From contig JADKIQ010000025.1 in the NCBI GenBank assembly GCA_016721245.1, forward strand, positions 327,583-391,582: a stretch of 64,000 nt of DNA, given 5' to 3'. The notes under the pieces were generated by a model, which saw only the letters and a program-made list of their open reading frames with translations, had not been told where the DNA came from and ran no database searches. Positions 63,172 to 64,000 of this stretch are shown here, piece after piece (the stretch's first letter is position 1; each line of letters opens with the position of its first letter). Both the position numbers and the translations under genes were made by a program. The DNA comes from Sphingobacteriales bacterium. Its GTDB lineage: Bacteria > Bacteroidota > Bacteroidia > Chitinophagales > JADIYW01.

Positions 63172-64000
63172 ATGGACTTATCAATTATTATTCCTTTATA
63201 TCATAAGGCTGAAGATGCCGCAGAGCATTTACCTGCAGTTTATCCGTCGCTAAAGGCTAAGTACAGCTCTTTCGAGATTCTTTTTATCATAGATAATGGT
63301 TCTATAACCGATAATGTAGCTGCCGTCTATAAACTTCAGGAACAGTATAAAGAAATTTCCGTGCACCGCTTGAATAAAAATTACGGACAGCATTTTGCCA
63401 CCCTATGCGGTTATTCTTTAGCGAAAGGTGATATCATATGCAGTATTGACGAAGATATGACGCAATACCTAAACATTGCTGATTACACTTTGCTGCATAA
63501 TCAATACGACGCACTTTATTACTATTACAATAAAAATAAAATGTACAACTCCTTCACCAGAAAAATCCTGAGTGCTTCATTTAAACTGGTGGTACACAAA
63601 ATCCTGAATATTGAAGCGCACTCCACATTCAGATTCCTCAACAGAACATTAGTGGAAAAGCTTTTAAACACAAAGCATATTTTCTGGAATGTGGATGTGA
63701 TGATTTATAAAAACGCTGAAAATATAAAAATTGAATACATCGCTTTAGACGGGATTACCGATGACAATTCAGGATATAATATTCCGAAATTGTTTCGTTT
63801 TGCGTTTGAAATCGTATCTGAACACATTACTGTTTTAGCCGGATTTTGTGTCGGATTAATTCCAGCTTTTATTTACTTTTTGTTTAGCAGAAACATACAG
63901 CAAACAACGCTTGTTTATGCAGCAACAGTTAGCGTACTTATTGGTATTGGCTTTACTGTAAAAAAACTTACCCTCAGGACTAAAGATAAAATACGGGAAG
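63172..64000 (+). CDS. family-2 glycosyltransferase, GtrB/ArnC-like with C-terminal TM segments (3' end outside the window)
   Basis: I translated it by hand from the ATG at 63172 and found no stop up to 64000. It has LSIIIPLYHK, NKNYGQHFATLCGY and SIDEDM (DxD), with hydrophobic segments near the end. It is absent from the ORF track because the frame is still open at the window edge. Confidence 0.7.
   Translation, partial: MDLSIIIPLYHKAEDAAEHLPAVYPSLKAKYSSFEILFIIDNGSITDNVAAVYKLQEQYKEISVHRLNKNYGQHFATLCGYSLAKGDIICSIDEDMTQYLNIADYTLLHNQYDALYYYYNKNKMYNSFTRKILSASFKLVVHKILNIEAHSTFRFLNRTLVEKLLNTKHIFWNVDVMIYKNAENIKIEYIALDGITDDNSGYNIPKLFRFAFEIVSEHITVLAGFCVGLIPAFIYFLFSRNIQQTTLVYAATVSVLIGIGFTVKKLTLRTKDKIRE

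Overview
AT-rich (about 35-40% G+C by eye) chromosomal segment from a Bacteroidota-type bacterium. This placement rests on T9SS C-terminal sorting domains, a PorX-type regulator, TonB-C paralogues, a FISUMP lipoprotein, HD-lpxD-lpxC-lpxA synteny and TAnnTTTG promoter-like motifs. From 0 to 44.7 kb the content is mostly housekeeping: the biotin operon bioB-F-D-A, yggS, an HMG-CoA-lyase-like gene, leuS, ubiX, two thioredoxin-fold genes, traB/gumN, valS, two TonB-C genes, an SNF2 helicase, an ABC ATPase, lpxA/C/D, an HD hydrolase, porX, tsaE, ald, DUF4105, msrB, era, an initiator-type tRNA-Met and clpB. This part also holds a ~1,700-aa M36 metalloprotease T9SS cargo carrying a 213-bp tandem repeat array. 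From about 44.7 kb to the window end the content looks accessory. An operon encodes a 1,962-aa T9SS protein with a Gly/Cys-rich core. It diverges from an island of five polytopic GT-C-like membrane proteins (four clear paralogues), two GT2 enzymes, a PhyH-type dioxygenase and a GNAT-like protein. I read this island as a candidate uncharacterised periplasmic glycosylation system. A second theme is an unusual density of reading-frame lesions in conserved genes. bioA, the M36 protease and DUF4105 are broken, lpxA is short, lpxC lacks its fabZ domain, and leuS is split by a decayed 250-bp segment in a way that resembles the Aquifex two-subunit LeuRS. I saw no transposase, integrase, CRISPR array or rRNA. 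All homology statements come from motif recognition by eye; no searches were run.
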